This document shows positions 8,939 to 16,714 of a DNA stretch of 32,000 nt, in pieces. The number at the start of each line of letters is the position of its first letter. The stretch's first letter is position 1. Made by a program: the position numbers and the translations under genes. The notes beneath the pieces are model-generated. The model saw only the letters and a program-made list of their open reading frames with translations. It ran no database searches and had not been told where the DNA came from. The DNA is from Crocosphaera subtropica ATCC 51142 (GTDB lineage: Bacteria; Cyanobacteriota; Cyanobacteriia; Cyanobacteriales; Microcystaceae). Where the stretch lies: assembly GCF_000017845.1 (NCBI RefSeq), contig NC_010546.1:3791019-3823018 (forward strand). The letters run 5' to 3'.

Positions 8939-8997
8939 CCCCTAAAATTAAGCTATTTTTATAAATCAGTTTTGAGTATTTACCAAAATTTTAGGGG
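8939..8997 (-). terminator. 11-bp inverted repeat downstream of the RecB-like nuclease gene (weak terminator candidate)
   Basis: CCCCTAAAATT (8939-8949) and AATTTTAGGGG (8987-8997), separated by a 37-nt loop. No clear U-tract follows on the minus strand. Confidence 0.25.
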
Positions 8998-9010
8998 TTT
9001 ATTCCTAGGG

Positions 9011-10504
9011 TTAAAACTCAATGTTATTGAAGAACTCAGCTAACCAGTTTTTAAGGTGAAGTGTAGCTAAACAATCATCCTCATTATAACGTAAAATAGA
9101 GGTGAGGTAATGGCGATCCCCTGTGGTTAACCATTGGTCATACCAGCAAACGCATTGATCCCCACTAACCCCAACATCACGCCAATGAAACCCTAACCAG
9201 TTAGCTAAGGACTTGAGGGAGTAGTTCTCTACAGGAAGAATAACAGAACTAATCACACAGTGATGAAGATCAATTAAACGAGATAGTAAATGTTGAATAT
9301 TGCGGTCAGGCGTTTGATATAAGTTTCCTAACCGTTTAATGGTATCTTTCTCGTAGTCTGAAAAGTGAAAAATTGGAGCTTGATGATAAGTATTAACTAA
9401 CTCAAGAAATTGTTCCCAAATGATCCCTTCTTCTTCGGGAGTTTCTGCTAAAAAAGGGTAAAACGTTTGCGTTTGGTTCAAACGATTAACCACCACAACC
9501 CCTAACAAATAATCTAAATTTCGTTCTGGTTCGGCTTCAATATCAAAATAGAGTTCAACAGTTTCATTGGAGAGGATCTCCGAAAAATTATATTGAGATT
9601 GGGAGCGAGGAATAGCATGATTATGAACCAGGGATCGCGCTTGTTGTTGCAGTTTCTGAGCCAGTCCTCTACCGATTAGTTCCTCTATGGTGTCAAAATT
9701 AGCTTCCGCCAAAGATCGAGTAGTGATAACGCCAATGTCTCGTAAAGACCGATAACGGCTCGGTGTCACTCCAGGGACTAAAGACAAATGTTGTTGAGAG
9801 TGAGCGATCGCATGACAGTGACCATACCAGCGACAAAGATGACAACGTTGTCGAGCAATAAAAACTTCCGGTTCTTGCATTGTCCCCAGCATTGTTACAC
9901 ATTCATCTAAAACAAGCTGTAACTTTGGTAACCATTGAATAACCTCCACCGAGAAATGTTTCAAGGGACGGACAATCAATTGTGGAGTCGGAGGGAGAGT
10001 TTCTTGAATAATGGCTAGCAATTGGGCATAAAAGGTTACTATCAGCTTATATTCTGGTTTAGCCTTACGGCCTAGATGAATACTAACAGGATAATAAGAC
10101 CAGTCTCCAAATTTAGACTGGCCAGGTTGTTTGATTAATAAATGGGGTTTTCCCAAATATTCATCACCTGAAGACAGAAAATGCAGAAAATCGTCGGGCA
10201 AATGCTTTGATGATGAACTATCATCAACCCACAATATCCCTTGATAGATACAATCAACCCCTTGCTGCATTAATTGTTCTGTTAGTTGGGCTTTTTCGCG
10301 CCAATTTGCTCCCGAAGTATAAGATGGTTGATAATGAGAGTAAAAAGTGTCCAACACTGAAGCGATATGGCGTTTACTTTCTTGTCGAAGTTTTTGCAGA
10401 AAGTCCCGTTCTGGATCTTGTTGGGTGGGATCACCGTGAATGTTGAGAAAAGCACGGCGTGAACATCGTTTATAATCCAGTAAGAGAGAATCAGTAATTA
10501 GCAT
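9011..10504 (-). CDS. TM0106-family RecB-like putative nuclease (Cas4-like PD-(D/E)XK Fe-S domain + HhH + RNase H-like exonuclease domain)
   Basis: The N-terminal MLITDSLLLDYKRCSRRAFL plus the cluster RCHLCRWYGHC give the 1+3 cysteine pattern of Cas4/AddB-type nucleases. LSLVPGVTPSRYRSLRDIGV is HhH-like. The C-terminal YFDIEAEP, HFSDYEKD and YNEDDCLAT are acidic motifs of an RNase-H-like 3'-5' exonuclease fold. Start placed at Met29 of the track ORF (ATG 10504-10502). Confidence 0.8.
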   Translation of the reverse strand: MLITDSLLLDYKRCSRRAFLNIHGDPTQQDPERDFLQKLRQESKRHIASVLDTFYSHYQPSYTSGANWREKAQLTEQLMQQGVDCIYQGILWVDDSSSSKHLPDDFLHFLSSGDEYLGKPHLLIKQPGQSKFGDWSYYPVSIHLGRKAKPEYKLIVTFYAQLLAIIQETLPPTPQLIVRPLKHFSVEVIQWLPKLQLVLDECVTMLGTMQEPEVFIARQRCHLCRWYGHCHAIAHSQQHLSLVPGVTPSRYRSLRDIGVITTRSLAEANFDTIEELIGRGLAQKLQQQARSLVHNHAIPRSQSQYNFSEILSNETVELYFDIEAEPERNLDYLLGVVVVNRLNQTQTFYPFLAETPEEEGIIWEQFLELVNTYHQAPIFHFSDYEKDTIKRLGNLYQTPDRNIQHLLSRLIDLHHCVISSVILPVENYSLKSLANWLGFHWRDVGVSGDQCVCWYDQWLTTGDRHYLTSILRYNEDDCLATLHLKNWLAEFFNNIEF

Positions 10505-10795
10505 TTTTGTCAAGAAAGTTCCTGTATCTATTATTATCTCCCTTTCGGAAAGAGAACAGGTAATATTTTTAATCCTGACTTTAGCCAAAGGTAGGAACTT
10601 GCTTAGAAAAGAAATAGTCTAATCCCTTTAGCTATCTTTGCTGATATTCTTTAAGCATAACTTTAGATCATCAATCGAGCCACTTTGAAAGAAATCTGAT
10701 AAGGTGAAACAGTTATCCTAAAATTAAAGGAGTCTTTAAGAACTCCATCACTCTAATCTATAGACAGACCATTATAAAATGTGAGGTTAATTTTT

Positions 10796-11542
10796 ATGAA
10801 ATCATTAATCCGTTGGAGTGCAACCCTGGGACTATTAGGTAGTACCATCATAACCACTTGGTTTGGTCAAATCCCCAAAGTTTTAGCACTTCCTGAAGCT
10901 GACGTAATCAAGGTTTTACAAGGCGTGCCTGTTTTCACTATCACCACAGAACAGGGTGGGCCATTAATTGCGACCTTAGAAGACAATCAGAAGGTAACAC
11001 AAGTTTTTATGAGTCAGCAAGATGCTAACCAGTTTCTCGCTAAACTCAAAGAAAATCAACCGGACATCGGCAATAGAGTTAAAGTACAACCCGTCTCTTT
11101 AGGGGAAGTTTATCGTTTTGCCATCGCTAACAATACAGAAACAGAGTCTTTAAAATTTGCTTATATTCCCATGCAAAGCGCAGTAGATTCTGCGAAAAAG
11201 GTTTTAAATGATAATGGACAGCAATATCAAGGGGGGGTTCCTTTATTTACCTTGCGGGGGGGACCAGACAACAGTATCTTAACCATTCAACAAGACGAAC
11301 AAGAAGTGATTCCCTTCTTCTTTGAAAAAGCTCCTATTCAGGCGATCGCTGAGCAGATGAAAAAAGATCAACCCGATATTGCCCAAACTATGCAAATCGA
11401 AGTCGTTGCCTTAGAAAATGTGATTGGTCTTTTACAAACCAAAGACGATGCCATGCTTAAACAGATACAATTAATTCCTTCCCAGGAAACCATGAAATTT
11501 ATTCAAGAAACTATCAAATCTCAGCAAAATCAAGGCCAATAA
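10796..11542 (+). CDS. Tic22 family protein (periplasmic, paralog 1)
   Basis: MKSLIRWSATLGLLGS signal peptide, then LPEADVIKVLQGVPVFTI...VFMSQQDANQFLAKLKENQP...VKVQPVSLGEVY, which closely resembles cyanobacterial Tic22 (Synechocystis Slr0924 type) from memory. ATG at 10796 is preferred to the GTG at 10781. Confidence 0.8.
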   Translation: MKSLIRWSATLGLLGSTIITTWFGQIPKVLALPEADVIKVLQGVPVFTITTEQGGPLIATLEDNQKVTQVFMSQQDANQFLAKLKENQPDIGNRVKVQPVSLGEVYRFAIANNTETESLKFAYIPMQSAVDSAKKVLNDNGQQYQGGVPLFTLRGGPDNSILTIQQDEQEVIPFFFEKAPIQAIAEQMKKDQPDIAQTMQIEVVALENVIGLLQTKDDAMLKQIQLIPSQETMKFIQETIKSQQNQGQ

Positions 11543-11636
11543 AATCATAATTTAACCGACAGTACCAATCCCCAGATATTTGAGTTTGGGGATTCAATCT
11601 ATTTGTCTCTTTGTTATACTGATTACCAAAAACGCC

Positions 11637-12374
11637 ATGAAGAATTTAATTCGTTGGAGTTTGACCCTGGGAATCCTTATCAATCCCATCAGTAACCTAA
11701 ATTTAATCAACCCTGCTCCAGTGGTAGCCCTCACCCAAGCCGAAATTGTGGAATTTTTGTCAGGAGTGCCTGTTTACAGTTTGCTTGATCAGCAAGGATT
11801 ACCCATTGGTCGGCAATTAGAAGATGGTAGTGTGGTTACTCCCGTATTCATGAGTCGCAAAGAAGCTCAAGCTTTTTTGCAAGAGTTAAAAGAAATCGAT
11901 TCGGAGACGGCTGATTCCTATCGGATTCAAATTCTTCCTCTCAGTCGTATTTATGAAATTGCACGGGAAACCTCAACCAATTCATCTCGTCTTTTCCTAG
12001 ATTATATTCCCAGTGCTACAGAATTACAGGCTGCTCGCGAATTAGTCAAGGAAAAGGGACAAAAATATCCAGGGGATGTTCCTTTATATTTAGCTAAAAT
12101 TGAATCAGATCAATCCTATTTGACTATCAAACAAGAGGATCAAGAAATCGTTCCTGTTTTCTTTGAAAAAGCGACTATTGATCAATGGATCGAGACAGTC
12201 AGTCAAACTCGACCTGAACTGGGTCAAGAGATTAATATTAATGTTATTTCCTTGAGTAGTTTAATTGCTAATTTGGAAAAAAATGATAATGATTTATTGA
12301 GAAGTTTACGGTTTTGGCCTTCTAAGGAAATGATGAGAATTATTCGTTCTAGTTCTGAGACTCAACCTCAATAA
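11637..12374 (+). CDS. Tic22 family protein (periplasmic, paralog 2)
   Basis: Collinear with the upstream gene over its full length: MKNLIRWSLTLG..., VALTQAEIVEFLSGVPVY, PVFMSRKEAQAFLQELKE, ILPLSRIYE, YIPS, VPLY, LTIKQEDQEIVPVFFEKA. ATG at 11637 is preferred to the track start at 11580. Confidence 0.75.
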   Translation: MKNLIRWSLTLGILINPISNLNLINPAPVVALTQAEIVEFLSGVPVYSLLDQQGLPIGRQLEDGSVVTPVFMSRKEAQAFLQELKEIDSETADSYRIQILPLSRIYEIARETSTNSSRLFLDYIPSATELQAARELVKEKGQKYPGDVPLYLAKIESDQSYLTIKQEDQEIVPVFFEKATIDQWIETVSQTRPELGQEININVISLSSLIANLEKNDNDLLRSLRFWPSKEMMRIIRSSSETQPQ

Positions 12375-12381
12375 ATTGCAG

Positions 12382-13287
12382 ATGGCTTCTCAGTTCACTA
12401 TTTCAGGCCAAGACTTAGAACAATGGTATTATTGGGCGACACAAGAAGCTAGGGTGGCTCATATCTCTCCCTCAGAGGTAGACTGGTTTATTCTAGCCAT
12501 GACTCCATTAGATAGTTTATCCTTGCGTCTAGGGTTATATAAAGAGCGATCGCAAATCCCTGTGAAATGTTCTCTATCAGAACTAACCCAACTATGGCAA
12601 TGTCGGGTTAAACAAAGAGTCCCTCTACAATATTTGGTGGGGGAAACTCCCTGGCGACGGTTTTCTTTAAAAGTGTCCCCTGATGTCTTAATTCCTCGTC
12701 CTGAAACGGAATTAATCATTGATTTTGCCCTAAAAGCTGTTCAACACAGTCGGAACCCTTATTTATCCTCTGGCCATTGGGTGGACTTGGGGACAGGGAG
12801 TGGTGCGATCGCCCTTGGTTTAGCGGACAGTTTTCCTCAAGCCACCATTCATGCTGTGGATACTAGCATCCAAGCGTTAACTATTGCCCAAGAAAATGCC
12901 ATTAAGGAAGGCTTTTCGTCTCAAATTCACTTTTATCAAGGATCGTGGTGGACTCCCCTAGAACATCTTCAAGGGCAAGTGAGCGCAATGGTTTCTAACC
13001 CCCCTTATATCCCCACATCCTTACTCTCTCAACTAGAACCAGAAGTGAAAAAACATGAACCGATCCTGGCTTTAGACGGGGGTAATGACGGTTTAGAGGC
13101 GATTAATTATCTGATTGATACGGCTCCTAATTACCTCATTTCAGGGGGCATTTTTTTGGTAGAAATGATGGCAGGACAAGGAGAGAAAGTGAAACAATTA
13201 TTAGAAGCATCTTATCATTATCAAGCTATTGAAATTTTACCTGATTTAGCCGGAGTGGGTCGCTTTGCCTTGGCTTATCGTTGTTAA
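12382..13287 (+). CDS. prmC: peptide chain release factor N(5)-glutamine methyltransferase
   Basis: SAM-binding DLGTGSGAIAL and the catalytic NPPY motif (VSNPPYIP). HemK/PrmC length and layout. ATG at 12382 (the track start is TTG at 12376). Confidence 0.9.
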   Translation: MASQFTISGQDLEQWYYWATQEARVAHISPSEVDWFILAMTPLDSLSLRLGLYKERSQIPVKCSLSELTQLWQCRVKQRVPLQYLVGETPWRRFSLKVSPDVLIPRPETELIIDFALKAVQHSRNPYLSSGHWVDLGTGSGAIALGLADSFPQATIHAVDTSIQALTIAQENAIKEGFSSQIHFYQGSWWTPLEHLQGQVSAMVSNPPYIPTSLLSQLEPEVKKHEPILALDGGNDGLEAINYLIDTAPNYLISGGIFLVEMMAGQGEKVKQLLEASYHYQAIEILPDLAGVGRFALAYRC

Positions 13288-13304
13288 AAATAATAATTAA
13301 TACA

Positions 13305-13332
13305 TCCTTCGATAAGGGCTTTTTGTTTTTCC
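13305..13332 (+). terminator. weak intrinsic-terminator candidate after prmC
   Basis: Short stem CCTT (13306-13309) with AAGG (13314-13317), followed by CTTTTTGTTTTT. The stem is only 4-5 bp. Confidence 0.25.
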
Positions 13333-13347
13333 CTGGAAACATTATAA

Positions 13348-13521
13348 ATAGTGCGATCGCATGATAAAAGATATGACGATAACAAATTTTTAGAGTTAGC
13401 TGTATCTGGTATGACCAATTATTTGATCACAGGAGATAATGATCTTTTGATTCTTGAAAGTTATGAGAATATTTCTATTATTACTCCTATTAGTTTTCTT
13501 TCACTCGTTAAAAATAACTAA
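13348..13521 (+). pseudogene. 3' remnant of a PIN-domain toxin gene (TIGR00305-like putative toxin-antitoxin PIN family); about 57 codons remain
   Basis: Frame 1 reads IVRSHDKRYDDNKFLELAVSGMTNYLITGDNDLLILESYENISIITPISFLSLVKNN* with the stop at 19-21 of line 13501 (13519-13521). This matches the C-terminal third of PIN-family toxins (DD-x-FLELA ... ITGD-x-DLL). An in-frame TAA lies at 13345-13347, and only 60 nt separate it from prmC, so the N-terminal ~80 codons are absent. Too short for the ORF track. Confidence 0.6.
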
Positions 13522-13541
13522 CCTCTTCTTTTTAAAATTAA

Positions 13542-15278
13542 TTAATTTTCATGACTTTCTACAGAACCATTGATGGGATTATTATTTTGGTTTAATAAAT
13601 TAGTGATCGGATCAAAACGAAAGCCGGGGGCTGTATAATCTTCGGGTAAATAATCTGCTGGAATTGTATTATGATTGCCATCACGAATGGCACTATAATG
13701 AGGGGATAAAATTTCAATATCGGCCTCGTTACATTTGTCTTGAATATTTTGATGTAACTGAGAATAAATTTCTGCCATTTTTGTTGATTCATTGGTATAA
13801 GCATTAATTTCGTAGCTAACATAAAAATCACTTAACCCTGTTTGTAAAACAAAAGGTAACGGTGTTTTTAAGATATAATCAGTTGATTGAGCAGCAGTAA
13901 TTAACACTTCGTGAACTTTGCGCCAAGGAAGATCGTAACCAAGAGTAATAGTAGTATGTAAAATTAAAGGACGTTTTAAGTCTCTTTTTAAAGCACTATA
14001 ATTAATAACATTACTATTAATTATAACAGAATTGGGAATAGTAATAACAACATTTTTAATCGTTCTAATTCGAGTTACTAACAAGTTTTTTTCTAAAACA
14101 TCCCCTACAGCATCTCCAATTTTTACCCGATCAGAAATTTGAAAAGCACGAGTATAAATTAAAACTAAGCCTGATACCGTATTAGAAATAACTCCCGTTG
14201 AACCTAACGTAAATAGAAGGGCAGCAAAAGCAGAAACTCCTTTAAATGCAGGAGAATTAAACCCTGGTAAATAAGGGAAAGCAAACACCGCAGCTAACAT
14301 AATAGTTAACCAAGTTAACAGTCGATAAGTCGGTTGCGCCCATTCAGGATAAAAGCCAGCAAATTGTAGATTTCCTGTTTCTATTGCATCAAAAATAAAT
14401 TTAAAAAATCGTAAAATATAATAAGTTAAATAAACAATTACCCCGACAACAAAAATATTCGGTAAATAACCAATTAATCCACTAAATACGGTATTTATGG
14501 CTTTGATTAAATAGTTAAATAATACATTTCCAGCTTGTCTGGTTTGTGGAAAGAAACCTAAAACAATGGGAACAAAAATGTAAAGAACAAAAAAAGTCAA
14601 AATAATACGAACAGATTTAACAATTGTTTTAAATGTCTTGGTTAGTTTTTCTGCTGATAGGATTTCGAGGTTTTTAATTCTAATTGATGGAATAAAAGTT
14701 CCTTCCCAACTGTCTAGGAGAGAATAAAGATAAGGAAAAGTAAAACTAAATATTTTTAAGATTAACAATAAAATTAACAAACTAATTACTGTAGAAACAG
14801 CACCAATAACCCAATAAAAAGGACGGCGTTCAAGTCGATAAGCTTTTAAAGCTTTTTTGGTAGTGTTTAAATATTCTTCTGCTAAATTTTCCCGAGACGT
14901 TTGCGCTGTTGTGGCATCATCTGCCGTTACAGTCATTAAAGTTTTGTTATTAAATAAAAGAATAATAACATTGCCTCGATCATCTAGATCAAATTTATCA
15001 TCAATAATTTCCAATTGGTTATTATTAGCAATATCCTGTAATCTTTCAGTGATAATATCTGCTCTTTCTTCTGCTGACAAAGAACCATTACCATTATAAA
15101 TAGAAAAAAGGGTATTATGGTCTAAGACCACGGGAAAACCTTGATCACTAGAAATATCTTCTAAGCTATAACTAGGTAAAAAGTTGCTTTGAAATAGCAC
15201 AAGTAATAAAGTAGCAATAGCTAAAATGACCCTTTGATAAGTCTTGTTTGGCTGTAAATTTAAAAAATAACATTTCAT
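13542..15278 (-). CDS. mechanosensitive ion channel family protein (MscS-like, with a long N-terminal extracytoplasmic domain and extra TM helices)
   Basis: C-terminal core SNTVSGLVLIYTRAFQISDRVKIGDAVGDVLEKNLLVTRIRTIKNVVITIPNSVIINSNVINYS is the MscS pore-helix and beta-domain signature. Several upstream TM segments and an N-terminal signal anchor. Confidence 0.85.
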   Translation of the reverse strand: MKCYFLNLQPNKTYQRVILAIATLLLVLFQSNFLPSYSLEDISSDQGFPVVLDHNTLFSIYNGNGSLSAEERADIITERLQDIANNNQLEIIDDKFDLDDRGNVIILLFNNKTLMTVTADDATTAQTSRENLAEEYLNTTKKALKAYRLERRPFYWVIGAVSTVISLLILLLILKIFSFTFPYLYSLLDSWEGTFIPSIRIKNLEILSAEKLTKTFKTIVKSVRIILTFFVLYIFVPIVLGFFPQTRQAGNVLFNYLIKAINTVFSGLIGYLPNIFVVGVIVYLTYYILRFFKFIFDAIETGNLQFAGFYPEWAQPTYRLLTWLTIMLAAVFAFPYLPGFNSPAFKGVSAFAALLFTLGSTGVISNTVSGLVLIYTRAFQISDRVKIGDAVGDVLEKNLLVTRIRTIKNVVITIPNSVIINSNVINYSALKRDLKRPLILHTTITLGYDLPWRKVHEVLITAAQSTDYILKTPLPFVLQTGLSDFYVSYEINAYTNESTKMAEIYSQLHQNIQDKCNEADIEILSPHYSAIRDGNHNTIPADYLPEDYTAPGFRFDPITNLLNQNNNPINGSVESHEN

Positions 15279-15522
15279 CTGAGTTTTATTCCCTAGGTAT
15301 CATTGAATCAGCCTATAAAGTAATTTTGCCTAACCTTTATGGAATAGTCTCCATTTTTTAGATTAATTTCAGAAGTTCTTAGATGTTGATACGCTATTTT
15401 TAACCCTATCATTTTTGAACCCTAAATCTAAAGATGTTGTAAAAATAATTGTTAAACTAAGAAAAAACGTTTACAAAGGAAAATGAAGCTAATTTAACAC
15501 AAAAAGCCTTTGTTTACTTTTT

Positions 15523-16230
15523 ATGGAACAAATCATACAAAATTCTCTGTTTACTCCCTATTTCGCCTTACATATTCCTGACGGCTTTTTGAGTCCTGGT
15601 GTCAGCGTATTTTGTTGGGTGATTACCCTTGTTTTAATCGCTGTTTCTTTGAACAAAGTACAAAAAGACTATCAAGAAAAAACAGTGCCTCTGATGGGGG
15701 TTTGTGCAGCCTTTATTTTTGCAGCACAAATGATTAACTTTCCCATTCCTGGGGGAACTTCAGGCCATTTAGTGGGAGGAACCCTGGCCGCTATTATCCT
15801 GGGACCGTGGGCTGGAACTTTAGTGGTAACGGTAGTGTTTATCGTTCAAGCCGTTTTATTCCAAGATGGCGGTTTAACGGTTTTAGGAGCAAATATCTTG
15901 AATATGGGACTCATTGGAACCTTTTGCGGATATTATCTCTACAAAGCCATTCGTTTGTCCCTAGGTCGAAATTCTTGGAAAAGCATGACCATTGCAACAG
16001 TCGTGGCATCTTGGTGTAGTGTGGTGATCGCTGCGATCGCTACTGCTTTACAACTCGCCTTATCCGGAACGGTTCCCTTAACGGTATCAATGATTGCTAT
16101 GGTATCGTGGCACGTTCTCATTGGGGTTGGAGAAGCCATTATCACTGTGATCGCTGTGGGGTTTGTTTGGCGATCGCGTCCGGATCTTATCTACGATAGT
16201 CCTCTCTCTCTCAAGTTAGATGCAGATTAA
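15523..16230 (+). CDS. cbiM: energy-coupling factor (ECF) transporter substrate-capture component CbiM/NikM (cobalt/nickel)
   Basis: HIPDGFLS signature, conserved GGTSGHLVGG histidine, FQDGG motif and a 6-7 TM layout. The HIPDG motif starts at residue 17 and is preceded by Leu, not Met. Confidence 0.88.
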   Translation: MEQIIQNSLFTPYFALHIPDGFLSPGVSVFCWVITLVLIAVSLNKVQKDYQEKTVPLMGVCAAFIFAAQMINFPIPGGTSGHLVGGTLAAIILGPWAGTLVVTVVFIVQAVLFQDGGLTVLGANILNMGLIGTFCGYYLYKAIRLSLGRNSWKSMTIATVVASWCSVVIAAIATALQLALSGTVPLTVSMIAMVSWHVLIGVGEAIITVIAVGFVWRSRPDLIYDSPLSLKLDAD

Positions 16231-16292
16231 ACGTTTAATTGCTATCAATAAAGATTCATTCCTAATAGCCTAACAAAAGAAATAATTGTAAG

Positions 16293-16646
16293 ATGACCAA
16301 TAATTTTTCTAATCAACGTAATCGCTTATTTATATTGACCGGACTCGGCATTGCTTTAATTATTGCCGTATTTGTTTCTCCCTTTGCTAGTTCCGACCCC
16401 GATGGTTTAGAGAGAGTCGCCCAGGACTTAGAATTTGAGGATAAAGCCATCGAAGATGCGCCAGCCAATAAATTGCCGTTCTATACTGTTTTTGAAGAGT
16501 ACGCCTTACGGGGAGTTCCTGAGAGTGTAGCTACCCCTCTCGCTGGTTTAGCAGGGACTGTGGTCGCCTTTGGGGTGGCCTGGGGGGCTGGTAAATTATT
16601 CATTCGTCCCTCTTCACCAACCAATAATGAACAAGGAGAAGAGTGA
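16293..16646 (+). CDS. PDGLE domain-containing protein (CbiN-like auxiliary component of the CbiM/NikM module)
   Basis: An N-terminal TM helix followed by SSDPDGLERVAQD (the PDGLE motif) and a C-terminal TM helix. Positioned between cbiM and cbiQ. Confidence 0.8.
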   Translation: MTNNFSNQRNRLFILTGLGIALIIAVFVSPFASSDPDGLERVAQDLEFEDKAIEDAPANKLPFYTVFEEYALRGVPESVATPLAGLAGTVVAFGVAWGAGKLFIRPSSPTNNEQGEE

Positions 16647-16654
16647 TAGGGAGA

Positions 16655-16703
16655 AATGTAGAATGAAGAATTTGGAATGGTAGCAGTATTTTCATTCTAC
16701 ATT
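16655..16703 (+). promoter_or_regulatory. perfect 13-bp stem hairpin in the PDGLE-cbiQ spacer (intra-operon RNA structure)
   Basis: AATGTAGAATGAA (16655-16667) pairs perfectly with TTCATTCTACATT (16691-16703), with a 23-nt loop. A tandem ATTCTAC duplication offers an alternative 9-bp right arm reaching 16710, 5 nt from the cbiQ ATG. Confidence 0.4.
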
Positions 16704-16714
16704 CTACATTAAAG

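Noticed and set aside
8970-8982. The 13-mer TTTTGAGTATTTA is shared between 8970-8982 and 24364-24376.
   Set aside because: My rough estimate gives tens of chance 13-mer repeats in an AT-rich 32-kb window. There is no flanking similarity.
11231-11262. Two G7 homopolymer tracts 25 nt apart inside Tic22 paralog 1 (possible slippage or phase variation).
   Set aside because: They encode Gly-Gly pairs (QGGVP, RGGPD) in an intact frame. There is no frameshifted continuation and no other sign of phase-variable design.
15279-15522. Looked for a cobalamin or NiCo riboswitch upstream of cbiM.
   Set aside because: The 244-bp leader is uniformly AT-rich, with no B12-box-like GC-rich core and no extended conserved helices that I can see. 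A covariance-model scan (Rfam RF00174, RF01831) would be decisive.
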